Source: Zygnema circumcarinatum SAG 698-1b
Lineage: Eukaryota > Plantae > Zygnematophyceae
Direction: 5' to 3'
NCBI GenBank assembly: GCA_037447605.1
Contig: CM074805.1
Span: 3,443,361-3,507,360 of the forward strand
Length of the DNA: 64,000 bases
This document shows, piece after piece, positions 46,411 through 59,211 of the stretch (its first letter is position 1; each line of letters begins with the position of its first letter). A program made the translations under genes and the position numbers. The notes below the pieces were generated by a model. The model worked only from the letters and a program-made list of their open reading frames with translations, was not told the origin of the DNA and did no database searches.

Positions 46411-48036
46411 ATGGCGGCTGTATGCCACGCACCCACAGCTCCCCTTATGCAGGCAGTAGGTAACCATGGTTATGGCTGCCTTAGGGCTTCGGAGGACTTT
46501 TCTCTTCCTCTTTCAAGGAAGGGAGGAAGCTGTGCAGGCTCCCCCATCTACACGCCCGCCTCCTTTGACGACTGCCGCAGCTTCTCCCTCTATTCAGAGC
46601 TTCACTCCCCACATGGGGAGCTCCCTCTCCTCGGAGAGGAGCCACCATGGATGGAGCTCTGGGAGGGAGGATCTTCCCCGAGCAGCCATGGCGGCCATGG
46701 CGGAGACTTAGCTGACGACAACATCCTCCTCCCCAGAAGTGATGTTGGCGATGTCCCGGCGCCGGCAACCGACTTGAACGCATATACCAGTGGTGCCCTG
46801 GCTCCGCCCTCCTTCTACGAGGGACCCAACACCCCCCCCTTGAAGGCCCTGGAAGGGAAGGCATCCCCTGTGGCTCTCATAAGGCGGCTGGAGGCGGAGC
46901 AGAGCATTAGAGAGGCGCGGGTTCAGGCGGTCTACGACTCCGCGCTGGGCTGGCTGCTGGATCCCTTCACACGTGTGGAGGAAGAGGGCGACTCTGACAT
47001 TGACTTGGCGTATTCGGAGGGGCTGCCTGCCTGGGCGCGCATAGGGGAGGGGGAGGGTGACACGTGTGAGGGTGGGGGGGTGGAGGTGGAGGAGGACGAC
47101 GAGGAGTGGGAATGGCGAGCGGAGCAGATTTCGCTCTCGGGGAGCGGAATAGTGACGGAGGAGGAGGAGGTGGAGAGGCGAAGTGGGGAGAGCGAGAGGG
47201 TGGGGGAGAGGCTTTGTTTTGGAAATGCGTTGGCGGCAGAGGTAGTCGGAGAGGTGGGGAAGAGAAAGAGAGGGAGGCCAAGGGGGACAGGCGGGAACAG
47301 GAGGAAAGCCTCGCAGAGGGGTGGTAGGCGTGTTAAGGGAAGTGGTGTGAGAGGAGAGATTGTGGAGAAGAGGAATGGTACGCTTCCTCTCCTTAAGCGG
47401 CGGCGAGGGATGGACGTTGTTGAGGAAGCTGAAGAGGTGATGAAGGAGGCTGAAGGGGTAGAGGGAGGAGTGCCGGAGTGTAAGGAGGGAGAGGAGGTAA
47501 AGAAACTGTCAGTGCGGGTGAGGAGGAAGGTCCGGAAGTTGGAGGAGGAGGTCTGGAACCCGCATGGAGGTTCGGGGTCAGAGGGAGAGGGAGAGGGAAG
47601 GAGGGGGGGAGGGTGTGGGGCAGGGAGAAGCCTGGGCGTAGCTGTACGGAAGAGGGCAAGTAGCGTGACGTCGGTGAAGCAGGCCGGTCGCCAGCTGATG
47701 AACAGAGGGAGAGGGGTGGAGGGAGTTGGAGGGACTATTGCTCTCGTGAGGAGTCAGGGCAGTGTGACACGTGTCAGCACGGTGGGAGAGAGCGTGCAGC
47801 CGCAGAAGAGAAAGAGGGGGAGGCCCCCAAAGCATCCGAAGGTGGACATGGCTGCGGCCTTGCTGGAGGAAAGGGAAGCCATGGCGGTGGAGGGCTCTGA
47901 TCAGGCCACCGACGGCGAGAAGGTGGAGCGCACAGGCTCTCTCTCAGCAGCTTCGTCTCTCACCGAGGGGCTCCTTTCAGAGGAAAATCAGGCAGGGAGC
48001 TCGCCATCGACTCCGCGGACAAGACCGAGCAGATGA
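46411..48036 (+). CDS. AT-hook motif protein, 541 aa, largely disordered, single coding exon as read
   Basis: ATG in GCCATGG context after a CT-rich leader; KRKRGRPRG (~47260) and KRKRGRPPK (~47806); acidic E/D tracts. A downstream acceptor at 48175 could add an exon or a 3'-UTR intron. Confidence 0.75.
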   Translation: MAAVCHAPTAPLMQAVGNHGYGCLRASEDFSLPLSRKGGSCAGSPIYTPASFDDCRSFSLYSELHSPHGELPLLGEEPPWMELWEGGSSPSSHGGHGGDLADDNILLPRSDVGDVPAPATDLNAYTSGALAPPSFYEGPNTPPLKALEGKASPVALIRRLEAEQSIREARVQAVYDSALGWLLDPFTRVEEEGDSDIDLAYSEGLPAWARIGEGEGDTCEGGGVEVEEDDEEWEWRAEQISLSGSGIVTEEEEVERRSGESERVGERLCFGNALAAEVVGEVGKRKRGRPRGTGGNRRKASQRGGRRVKGSGVRGEIVEKRNGTLPLLKRRRGMDVVEEAEEVMKEAEGVEGGVPECKEGEEVKKLSVRVRRKVRKLEEEVWNPHGGSGSEGEGEGRRGGGCGAGRSLGVAVRKRASSVTSVKQAGRQLMNRGRGVEGVGGTIALVRSQGSVTRVSTVGESVQPQKRKRGRPPKHPKVDMAAALLEEREAMAVEGSDQATDGEKVERTGSLSAASSLTEGLLSEENQAGSSPSTPRTRPSR

Positions 48037-48971
48037 GAGAGAGGGCACGGGAGGGTTGGAGAGGAATGTAACTTTGCAGCAAACCAATCTGTGGCTCGCT
48101 AGGGTTTTGTTGGGGTTCGAGGGACGCCATCTTTGTAGAGAGTGACATTGCTCGATCGCTCCTTTTCTCTTTCAGGGAAGGGACTGCAGTTTGTGTCCGT
48201 CCCTGCGAATGAGTTTAATGAGGAGCGGTCTTTAAAGGCCGCGGAGCTTCTTCTGTCAGCAGGCCGTCGAAATAGGATCGTATTTCTTCTGTATAGATGT
48301 TTTTCACTCCCGCTTTAGTGCGGAGTTGAGGTTTTCACTTGGTTGTTAGCTTTGTTTTCGACCGGACGGATGTATCCATTCTGTACCTGAAGGTGCAGCT
48401 TGGGTTTAGAGAACAGACGAGTCTCGATATTGCTCCAATTTTGGTCTCATTGGTAGCGGCGTTGGAGGGGCAATGGCTACTGCTTCTCTTCTTAGTAGAA
48501 GAGACGTGCAGCAGCTTGTTGACATGCACAGCAGAATTGTACATAAAAGCGAACCCACCTTATTCGTGCGGTGCTGTCGAGTGGATGCCCTTTCTGTATG
48601 TGGTGGTTAGTCATGGGTGATAAAATAGTCCGGTTTGACCCTTGATGTGGCATAAGTGATGTTTGCATGACTTTCCTTAAATACTTTTCGATAATACATA
48701 GCATTTCCTGTATCCTTGCAATGTGGCTGCCGAGTCAACTAGCGGAGCAGCCTGTTGTGGTCGCCCGTTTGGATGCCATGTGCATGCCTGCATGCATGCA
48801 TGCGTCATCATGGCAGCAACCATTTCCGTCCGTCCGTCCGTCCTTCCGCGTGCGAGCCATCCAAAGCGGCGGCCGGCCGGCCGGACGGAGTCTGTTGGAG
48901 ACCTTGTTAGAGCGAGCGAGTGTCCGCCTCGCCCAAACGCCGGTCCCCGCACCAATGAGAGGCCGTCCCCG

Positions 48972-49848
48972 CACGTGTAGACACGCACGCCGCAGCGTGC
49001 CGCGGAGGCGCGTCGCTTCTCGGCGCGCCGCGGTTACGACTATGACGTCACCTCATCCCCGCGCCCCGCCGACACGTGGTGGCCAGCGCGCGGGGAGGCC
49101 GCCGTCGCGCGTGCCGTACGGCCGGCAATCGGCCCCGCTGGCCGCGGCGCGCGGGGAGCCTGCCACGTGGGCAGGCCGCGCCAGCCGGGCGGTAGATTCC
49201 CCTCGTCGGAGATACGACAGTACGGGCGCCGCGTGGCTACTTTATGCCGCGCGAATCTTGACCGTCCGGGACTCGCCCTGACCGCCGGCCTCCCGCTAAA
49301 CTCGTGCCGTCGTGCGCCCGAGGAAGGTCGAATACGACACCGTACTGTACGGAGAAAACTGCCAAGAGGGGAACCGCCGGATCTCTACTCGCAAGGACTC
49401 GTAGAAACAAACAAACCGGCGGGGGACCTTGATCGGTGCTCGTCCGTACGACATGAGGCAGACATGGAAGGGACAGCGCCCAGTTCCACAGTTTGCGCAA
49501 CGGAATTGCGATATTCTTTGTGTTCGGCCATACCGTACCGTATCGTATCGTACTTGTCGGACCGTACAGGGACCGAACGCTCCCCCAAGTGCCTGCCTCA
49601 TCCGGGCGGCCCCGGGCCATGGCCATCCATGGCGCGATGCCGCCCGCCGTGGTCCCGCCCGCCAGCACGGCGCGCCACCCGCGACGGCGGTTGCTCCTGC
49701 CACGTGGCGCATGCCCTCCCTCGAGCCGCGCGATAAGGCTTGCCACGTGGCGCCCCTGGCAGCGTGCCTCGCGCCGGTTGGCCAGCCCGCCCAGACCCAC
49801 GTGCCGCTAGCCGTGTCAGGGCTTGCGCCAGTCCCCTGACGCCACGTG
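48972..49848. promoter_or_regulatory. GC/CpG-rich aconitase upstream island with seven CACGTG and one TGACGTCA
   Basis: CACGTG at 48972, 49073, 49164, 49701, 49744, 49798, 49843; TGACGTCA at 49043-49050. Confidence 0.55.
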
Positions 49849-50028
49849 GGCGAGGGGTCCCCGAAAGTGGTCCCTGGCGGGCGCGCGCTCGAGTCAGCAG
49901 CAGATCGCGTCATCGGGTCGCGGGCGGGCGGAGGGCGGAGGGCGGAGGGGACGGGGAGGGCTCAAGGGCGGAGAGGGAGGCAGGGCAGGGCAGGACAGGG
50001 CAGGGCAAGGATTGTGCGGTATAAAGCC

Positions 50029-53000
50029 ATGCGTGCGCTCAAGGGGGCGCGGGTGCTGCAGACCGTGGCGCCCTGCTTAGCGCAAGCTCTTGGACCGGCG
50101 GGCCCGCCGCCTGCCACTGCTGCTGCTGCTGCTGCTGTAGGGGGAGAGAGCAGGAGGGGCTTGGGCAGGGAGAGGACTGTGCTGGGTTCGGGCTCAGGAC
50201 TGCACTCGGTGGGAGGGCAGAAGTCGCCGCTTTTGGGCGCTGGTTTGCACACAGGTTCTCTGTTTCCTGCATCGGTTTCGCATCTGCGTCTGCGGTCAGC
50301 AGCGCAGGCAAAGCTAGAGGTCGCGGCGAGGAGGGCATCCACGATGGGTAGGGATAACCTGGGACTCACTGCTGGATCGGATTAGGTTAAATCTGTTTAG
50401 GTGTTGGATGAAATCAGCGTGCCTCGCCACTGGGGATCGTCTCTGCTAGGCTCCAGAAAACTACAGGGTTCATGCAGGATTGCATAGATTTTGAAAACTC
50501 TACAGCTGGTATTTGGCCGTTATGAATGCATGCAGCTGTGGATCGTTTCTCTACATTCAGATCAGCGTGTACAATGCTGTTGTCGGAAGGTCTAGTGTCT
50601 TGCTTACATCAACTTTCAACACTTTGCCCTTTTTTTTGTGTGTAATCAGCCGAGAATCCATTCAAGGAGCTTCTTACGGAATTGCCCAACCCGGAGGGTG
50701 GGATTTTTGGAAAGTACTATAGTTTGCCTGGCCTGAAAGACCCAAGGACAGGTACGTTTCTCAGTTCTGGTGTTGTTGCAAGGTAGCTCACGTTTTTGCA
50801 CTGCATGTTTGCGTCCTCCGAGTAAGTGACGCCAACTTATTGCATTCGACGTTAAAAGTTTCTTTTTGAAGTCCAGTTGGCATTTGGAGTTATGATCAGC
50901 CTGTTTGTTGTAGACTTAGTTGAACTTAGAACTGTCGTTGCAGACAAGTTGCCATACTCGATTCGCTATCTTTTGGAGTCAGCTATCCGGAATTGCGACA
51001 ACTTTGAGGTTTCTGAGAAGGATGTGGAGAAGATCCTGGACTGGGAAAAGACATCCCCTCAGCAAGTGGAGATTGCCTTCAAACCTGCTCGTGTGCTCCT
51101 ACAGGTGCGGATTGTGTTCTCTTGCGTGTCACAACGGCCCATCCATTCGTTCAAGATTGTTTTGACCTACACTTTATAGCAACAGTTTATTTCTTCTCGG
51201 AGTGTTTGCGTTTTGAAAATTCATTATGTCTATCTCAATCATGATGGTTTCTGAAAATTCTACATGCATCGAAAGTTTAGTCTGCTCCGCTGAATGCATA
51301 CGTCGTTGTGAGATGCACTTGATCACCACATTGAAAGCAGGCTCTTGTATGTGGGATCATCAGGACTTCACCGGTGTTCCAGTGGTCGTGGATCTTGCCG
51401 CTATGCGTGACGCCATGAAGGAACTTGGAGGTGATCCGAACAAGATCAACCCGCAGGTGAGTGCAGTGCATTATTCATCTTCATATGTTTTCGCCTGTGT
51501 CTCGAGTGAGCTCGTCAGATGCCGTGCAAGTCAATAGCTGAACTTAGTCAAGTTCCACCTTACCCTGCTTGCTTCATGAAAGAAAAGTCTACAGAATGGT
51601 TAGAATTGAGTTAGTGAGCAAATTCGCTTTTCGTTATGTCTTTCTTGAGTTTTAGGGATGGTCCACTTAAAAGGACTTGCCTCTCTTTGCAGATTCCCGT
51701 CGACTTGGTTATTGATCACTCTGTGCAAGTGGATGTAACGAGGTCTGAGAATGCAGTGCTGCAAAACATGGCTTTCGAGTTCAACCGCAACCAGGAGCGG
51801 TTTGCTTTCTTGAAATGGGGTGCTAAGGCATTTGAAAACATGCTGGTTGTGCCACCTGGATCCGGCATTGTGCATCAGGTATGCCCATCTCCTAATGCAC
51901 TTTTCAGTGATGCTTTCGGAGGACCTGACCGAGGTTTATCGGACCACTTTTCAGTGTCTTCGTGTTTTTTCAACCGACTGAGGACCTGGCTTAGCACCCA
52001 CTTCTCCAAACCGTGTCTTTTGGACTTGAGATTTTGCACAGCTAAAGAAAAGTGAGGAACTACAATGAAAGACTATTAGGGCATCCAGGAGGCACCAGTG
52101 AAACAATCACAATTTTTTATCGACTGTGCTTATCGAAGTTCAACAGGGATATGAATCAGTGCTTATCGGCAAAATCGTTTCCTGCTGTAGAATGACTCGT
52201 CTAGTGTGGTATTCCTGGTTTCTTCAATCCGTGGCTGAAGAATATGTTGAATGGCCACTGGAGTACCGAAACAAGGCTTTGCATCTAAAAGGATTCATCG
52301 GCTGGACATCCTTTGAGGTTTTTTTGTGCGTTAATGCTCTTTTCAAGTAAATGGAGTCATTTTCCTGTGCATAGGTGAACCTTGAATACCTGGCTCGAGT
52401 AGTCTTCAACAACAAGGGAATTTTGTACCCCGACAGCGTGGTGGGGACGGATTCCCATACGACCATGATCGATGGGCTTGGTGTCGCTGGCTGGGGAGTC
52501 GGAGGGATTGAGGCTGAGGCAGCAATGCTTGGACAGGTATTTGGTTAACTGAAACTTATAAGAAGAATTTGGAAGAATTTGACCTTGTACATTGCTTTGT
52601 AGAAATCTTCCTGTGTTGAGTCCTGTTTCAGCTTCTTGACGAAAAGTCAGTAACTGGTTGAAAAGTAGTCCATTACATAACAGAAGTAGAACAGCTTTTG
52701 TGCACCTGCTTATCACAAGAAGTCTGATTCGCCTTGAAGTAATGGCCATGTCGACGTAATGTGCGCGTGGAGTGTTTAACTGTCTTTTTGAACGTGGCTT
52801 GTGCAGCCTATGAGCATGGTCTTGCCCGGAGTTGTTGGCTTTAAGCTTTCAGGAAGTCTGAAAACTGGTGTTACAGCAACAGATCTTGTCCTCACTTGCA
52901 CTCAGATGCTCCGAAAGCATGGAGTTGTTGGAAAGTTTGTGGAGTTTTATGGTAAGCAAAATACTTTTGTATAACATTTTCGCATTTTGTGTATGCCACG

Positions 53001-56000
53001 CGGGATTTTTTTGTGAATACGTCCTAATTATATTGACTGTTTTTTGGCGAAATTGATTCTACTTGTCTCGGGTCTTCATCAGCAGTCAAAATTGAACTGG
53101 TTCGAGCAGTTACATTCTGAATTGCAGCAGTGCAATTGCGACATTTACATCTAGTCTCTATTGCATTTCTGGAAATCACAGGTGATGGGATGCAACATTT
53201 GTCTCTTGCCGATCGAGCGACCATTGCCAACATGTCCCCTGAGTATGGTGCGACTATGGGCTTTTTCCCTGTGGACCACGTCACTTTGGGATATTTGAGC
53301 ACCACTGGCCGTGATGAAGCGAAGGTAAGTAAAGGACCACCTTTGAGAGGAAGCCTTGCACCAAGCAAAAGCGCCTGTGAATGTTCCTACTGTGAAATCT
53401 GTGGGCTCATGATGCAATGTTAATGGTTTTTCCCCATTGAATGACTGCACTTGCACTTTATGTGAACAGGTGAAGGAGATCGAGGCTTACCTCCGAGCTA
53501 ACAATCTTTTCGTCGATTACAGTGAGGTATGCGAAGTTCTGCTCACCCGATAGACAGTGCGTATGATTCTTAATGGAGGCAGTCGAGTCATTGTAAGGTC
53601 CATTTTCTTGATGCTTGTACCGGTGCTACCCTTACAATGAATCCCAAGGTTGTGACGTATGCCTCTGCATGTTACATACTGCAGCCTGAAGTTGAGAGGA
53701 ACTATTCTTCAAATCTGGAGTTGGACTTGAGTACGGTGGAGCCTTCTATTTCCGGACCAAAGAGGTATCTTCGTTGCTGCGCTGCCCTGTTATGACATAT
53801 TGACCTTGCCATTCACAAGGCTGTTGTGCTGAGTTTTCCTATTCGAGCTTCATCATTGAGCCTTTGGCGCTTAAAGGCTGACCATTGTTATGGAGATGGT
53901 ATCAACATTGTCTGCCAGAGGCTGCATAAGCTTTGTGTCAAGCTCTATTTGCTGAGGTAGACAAGCGTTATTCTTGCTTCTATTAGCATAGCCACGGCTC
54001 CAAATACTGGTATTGAAAATATCCTCTATTGGACATTTTCATTTAGCGCTTTCCTTTTGACTTGGTGGTTTACTTTCGAGCTGTAGGGCCTTGCCTGACT
54101 TTTGGCGATGATAATGCAGGCCACATGATCGGGTCAGTCTGAAGGACATGAAGGTGGATTGGCAGGCCTGTCTGGACAACAAAGTTGGTTTCAAGGTGAG
54201 TTCGTTGACTCTGAAACAAGCTATTTCGGAAGCGACTGTGGGCTGACTCCACCTTTTTAATGTTTACTTCAAGCGAATTATTTGACATTTATGTATTCAG
54301 TTTCTGCATAGCAATGCAGCGCTTGTGGTTTGACTGGTATTGCATTAGCAACTAACTCTCAATTCAGAAGCAAAGTGTCGTTTTGACGGTCAAAGAAAGT
54401 TCCTTATGCCATCTGGTAGTCGTTTGCTGGCGAACTGGCTGATACATCCATGGTCTCAAACTATCCGGAAGACGCAGGAGTTTTTGGTCATGCAAGTTGA
54501 GTAAGCTGTAATCAGAGAAGGAAACTCCTTGAATAAGAGTCTGCGTGCAGCAGAAATGGTAAGCAATTGTTGGACTTCTATTGTTTTTGTCAGGGCTTTG
54601 CCATTCCAAAGGAGCAGCAGGATGCTGTCGTGAAATTTGACTTCCACGGCAAACCCGCGGAGCTGAAGCACGGATCGGTGGTCATCGCTGCCATCACGAG
54701 CTGCACGAACACCTCCAACCCCTCCGTTATGCTCGGAGCCGCCCTGGTAGCCAAGAAGGCGACAGAACTCGGACTTGAGGTAACACCAAAACTGAAAACT
54801 ACAAGGCACTTGGATGTATGGAATAATGATAATGAAGGATAATGATGAATCCTTCTCGATTGGTGGGCTCATAGTTGTAGACAGGAAGATGTGCACCCTA
54901 TCACTTGGCCAATCCGAATGTCAAAGTGCTCAGCTAGAGGATGCTGAAATATACTCCAATCATGCCAATTTGCTGTGTATACGGACAGTTTGCTGTTTGT
55001 TTGGAGAGTCTGAATCTCTGGATGTAAAGCAAACTGATTCTGCATGTAATCACCGTCATCAATGGTGATCATTTCATCATCTGCTTGAGGTTGCATGGCA
55101 CTTTGCATTACAGTGGTCAATAGCGCAGGGATATGTTTCTAGTGCTAGTTGGTGTTGCAAGCAGGAACTTGGTCGATATATTGGAACTGGAGCAGACTGT
55201 GATGCGGCTTTGTTGCCGGCTTGCAGGTGAACCCATGGGTGAAGACCAGTTTGGCCCCGGGCTCGGGTGTTGTCACTAAGTACTTGAAGCACAGGTCAGA
55301 CATCTCCCTCCATTCGTCAGTCTTATAGGGCTGACTTGGACAGTGGCAGATTTTAGGGCAGAGTTTACTGGCCGTGAGGACAGATCTGCTGCATTACATC
55401 GCTGTGATATGTAATGCATCACTGGGCTTTGTAGTGTTTCTGTACGAAGTGTGGGGTTGGGAGGGCTGTAGTTAGTTGAAGAATTCCGTGTGGTTTAAGG
55501 AGATTGGACACACAGTTTTTACGGAGCATTTTTTTGTTGTATTAGAAATATTTTCAGATTCAAGGTAGATGCTTACATTATGACGGTTGTTTGCACTGAA
55601 TCTGTGCAGTGGTCTACTGCCGTACTTGGAGAAGCAGGGCTTCGGAGTTGTTGGTTACGGGTGTACCACCTGCATTGGAAATTCTGGGGATTTAGACCCG
55701 ATTGTGGGGAACGCCATCACTGAGAGTGGTAAGACTTTTCTAACGCCCTATTGGAAGAGAAGTGGACCTTGGCCACAAGGAGAGAGAAATGCGAGCCTGT
55801 ACTGGCGCTCATCTTGATAGTAATGCTTGTAGATGAGCGTCGACGAACAAGGAGATGACTAGGCTGAGCTAAGCAACATGATTTCGTACATCTGAGCTCC
55901 AGTGAAAGGCAGACGGAGTGATCTGGTAGATACAAGATACACATGTTCCATATGAAAAAGGTGGCTTTTAGTACAACATTATCCATCACTAACATACAAT

Positions 56001-59000
56001 ATTGATCTAGTGTTCAGAGTCACGTTATCTATGTAGCCAAAAGACTGCCCTTTGGGCCAAGCTTGCTGTTCCTGCTTAGCCTGTGCTGATGCCATTTTAC
56101 TGTTTTTCCAGACATTCTTGCTTCGGCTGTACTGTCTGGTAACCGCAACTTTGAAGGCCGTGTCCATCCACTCACTCGCGCCAACTACCTCGCTTCCCCT
56201 CCTCTGGTGGTCGCATATGCTCTCGCAGGCACTGTAAGCGTTTACCTTTTTCGTGTTTGATATATCTTTTAAGACCCACGGTATCACATTGCACATGTTG
56301 ACCTTCTGAAACGGATTTGAGTCGATTGAAATTGTAGCTGAATAGCCGATAGATACTTATTGCACAGGCGACTGTCCTTGGCATGACTGAGCCTCATGAA
56401 TTGGGAAGCATCTATCATCTCTGTTGTCTAGTACTTTGGAATAATTAACCAGCTTTTTGTTGATGGCAGTTTTGGCCATCCGTCCTTCAATCTTCTTGGG
56501 ATTAGTGTGAATTTAACACCCCAATGGCCTATTCTTGACTTGTTGGCATGTACGGAAGCTGCTGTGGGGAGACTGACCACGATGTTTCAATGCATCTGTA
56601 TGCAGGTCAATATTGACTTTGCTACAGAGCCGGTTGGCCATAACAAGGAAGGCAAACCTGTTTTCCTGAAGGAGATCTGGCCTACAACTGAGGAAGTCAA
56701 GGAGGTGTGTTCTCGTACTCACACATGAGGTCGAGTTCGTTAATCAATTTTCTGCAGAAGCTCTTTCTGACTATCCCAGTGTGCACAAGAGCATTTGCAG
56801 GTTGGGCGAGCTGTGCAGCTGCTCAAAGTCCACAGGATCATGTTGGGATTGCCTAGGCCCTAAGGTTGACCTGAGTGCATGTCTATCACTTCATAGATTG
56901 AAGTTGCTGTTAGGAAAAGTTCAATGGTCGTTACCTTTCCACTCCAGTGTCCAACTCCCTTCTTTATTCATCGAGCAGGTTGTGGAGAAGTCCGTTCTTC
57001 CGGAATTCTTTCGCGAGACATACAAAGCGATCACACAGGGGAACGACCTTTGGAATGCGCTTCCTGCAACCGAGGGCTCCCTCTACGCATGGGACCCCAC
57101 TTCCACCTATGTGCATGACCCGCCCTACTTCAAGGGGATGCCTGCGGACCCCCCCGGGGGGCAGGGCGTGAAGGACGCCATGGTTCTTCTCAATTTGGGC
57201 GACTCCATCACCACCGATCACATTTCCCCGGCAGGCAAGCCGATCTCACCTTTGGCTGCCCCGTCACGGCTTCAGATGCAGTGATTCAGACTGAAGAGTG
57301 ACGACTCAAGATGCACGTCTGAAGAAAATTTTAATGATTTTGATGATTTTAATAGATTTTAGATTTTCATTTGCTTTTGTCGAGGTTCTACTACCTCAAA
57401 GAGCTGCGAGTGTGTGAAGATTTTATGTTGTGTTTGTGAGGAATTCAGGCTCTGGACTGCGTGAGACTTTGGACAGTTAATGAGGTTAACCATCTCCCAG
57501 GGCAGCACTAGCAGTCAACACTCCTTTGCGAAATATTTTTTTCCTCCTGAACAGGAAGCATTCATAAGGACAGTGCTGCTGCCAAGTTCCTCTTATCGAA
57601 GGGTGTGGAACGTGCCAATTTCAATTCGTATGGTAGTCGGAGAGGGAACGATCAGATCATGACCCGCGGTACATTTGCCAACATCCGCATCGTCAACAAG
57701 TTCCTGGGTGGAGAAGTTGGGCCTAAAACCATTCATGTGCCCACTAAGGAGAAGATGCTTATCTATGATGCTGCAATGGTGCGTTCTCCTCCTCCACATC
57801 CTTTTGTCGTACACGATACTCAGGAAGGCATAGGAGGGTCTCTGCAGGTCCTTGTATGCCTAAAATACAAGATACATTTGAGGTGTGTTTGTGTTGTCCG
57901 CAAGTGTTTGTGCTGTTTCTTGTCCTATCTTTCCCGATTGTTAAGAAGAAATTGTCCACTATGAGCCGAGGGTGTTGGTGAGTTTGACATAGCTAAATTT
58001 CCATGGCGCTATTGTTCAATTATGGTATATAGCACTTTTTCATTTTGTCGGAAGCTGCCAGCCAGCTGGGATTTGTTTCAGTAGTTTTTTTGTAAGATTC
58101 AGGATGAGAGGAGGTTGTTGTATATTGTACTGGATTTCTTGATTGAAACTGTGTTATCTGCCTGTATCGTCCTCTTGATATTTTAGTTCAATTTTGCTTG
58201 CCAATGTCAAACCAAGGCCAACGTATGAGGATATGGATTTGCAGAAGTACAAGGAAGAGGGAAAACCTACAATTATCCTTGCTGGTGCTGAGTATGGAAG
58301 TGGAAGTTCTCGAGATTGGGCTGCCAAGGGACCTTATCTCCAGGTAAGGGATTTCTAAAAAGTGAAAGGAAGGAAATTCTGGAATCGAGTCTAATTCATC
58401 ATTTGATGTTTCCACCTCTGAGGATCTGGTCATATCGCAGTCACTGAAGTGACCATTCTGGAGTTTGTCTAGAAATTTCTGCTATTTTATGAAGGTGTTC
58501 CTTAGAGCACTGTTCGAAAGTTGCCTTACTGCCCTTTTTTTCTTTGAGAAGTGCACCTTGTAAAGAGGACCAGTGGGCAATTCCGTACACATCCTGCTCA
58601 CTAAACATGCCTTTTGAAAACTGCAGGGAGTGAAAGCTGTCATTGCGAAGAGCTTTGAGCGCATTCACCGCAGCAACTTGGTGGGAATGGGCGTCATCCC
58701 GCTCTGCTTCAAGCAGGGTGAAGATGCGGACTCTCTGGGGCTGACTGGCTACGAGCAGTACACCATTGACCTCCCCAAGGACATCACACCGGGCATGGAT
58801 GTCACAGTCACCACAGACACTGGAAAGTCATTCCAAACAACTTTACGTTTCGACACGCAGGTGAGTTGTTTGCTCCCATTCTAGTCATCTTTTCTCTAAG
58901 CCGGTGACCAGTCGTCGCATGATAGTTCTCTCTATGCCCGAGAGCAGGTAGGGTTGTAGACCTAGGTCCATAGTACCCAGCTAGGCCAAAGCGTGAGAAG

Positions 59001-59211
59001 GTGGCTCTTGGGAAAAGCAGCACTCTATAACTTACAGGCAGTCTTCTCATGCGTTCAATGTTCTCTTTTCCAGAGTTACAGTGAAACTTCGAATGCTTTG
59101 TCACCGCATTGAGATGTTTTGGTTGCTTCCCACCTGCAGGTTGAGCTGACATATTTCCAGAACGGCGGCATTCTGCAATACGTTCTCCGACAACTGAAAA
59201 GCCAGTCTTAG
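50029..59211 (+). CDS. ACO: Aconitate hydratase (plant ACO / AcnA-IRP type) with N-terminal organellar targeting peptide, 21 exons
   Basis: Exons 50029-50347, 50650-50751, 50944-51104, 51364-51456, 51693-51878, 52375-52536, 52807-52951, 53182-53324, 53470-53526, 53685-53764, 54120-54195, 54594-54779, 55227-55294, 55610-55728, 56112-56233, 56606-56704, 56979-57234, 57555-57778, 58245-58343, 58627-58860, 59140-59211. Motifs [87 protein letters not shown]. Confidence 0.97.

Noticed and set aside
53765-54119. Aconitase intron with donor GTATCTTC as a GT-AG U12 intron
   Set aside because: Donor deviates from GTATCCTT and no CCTTAAC-like branch site precedes the acceptor; treated as U2.
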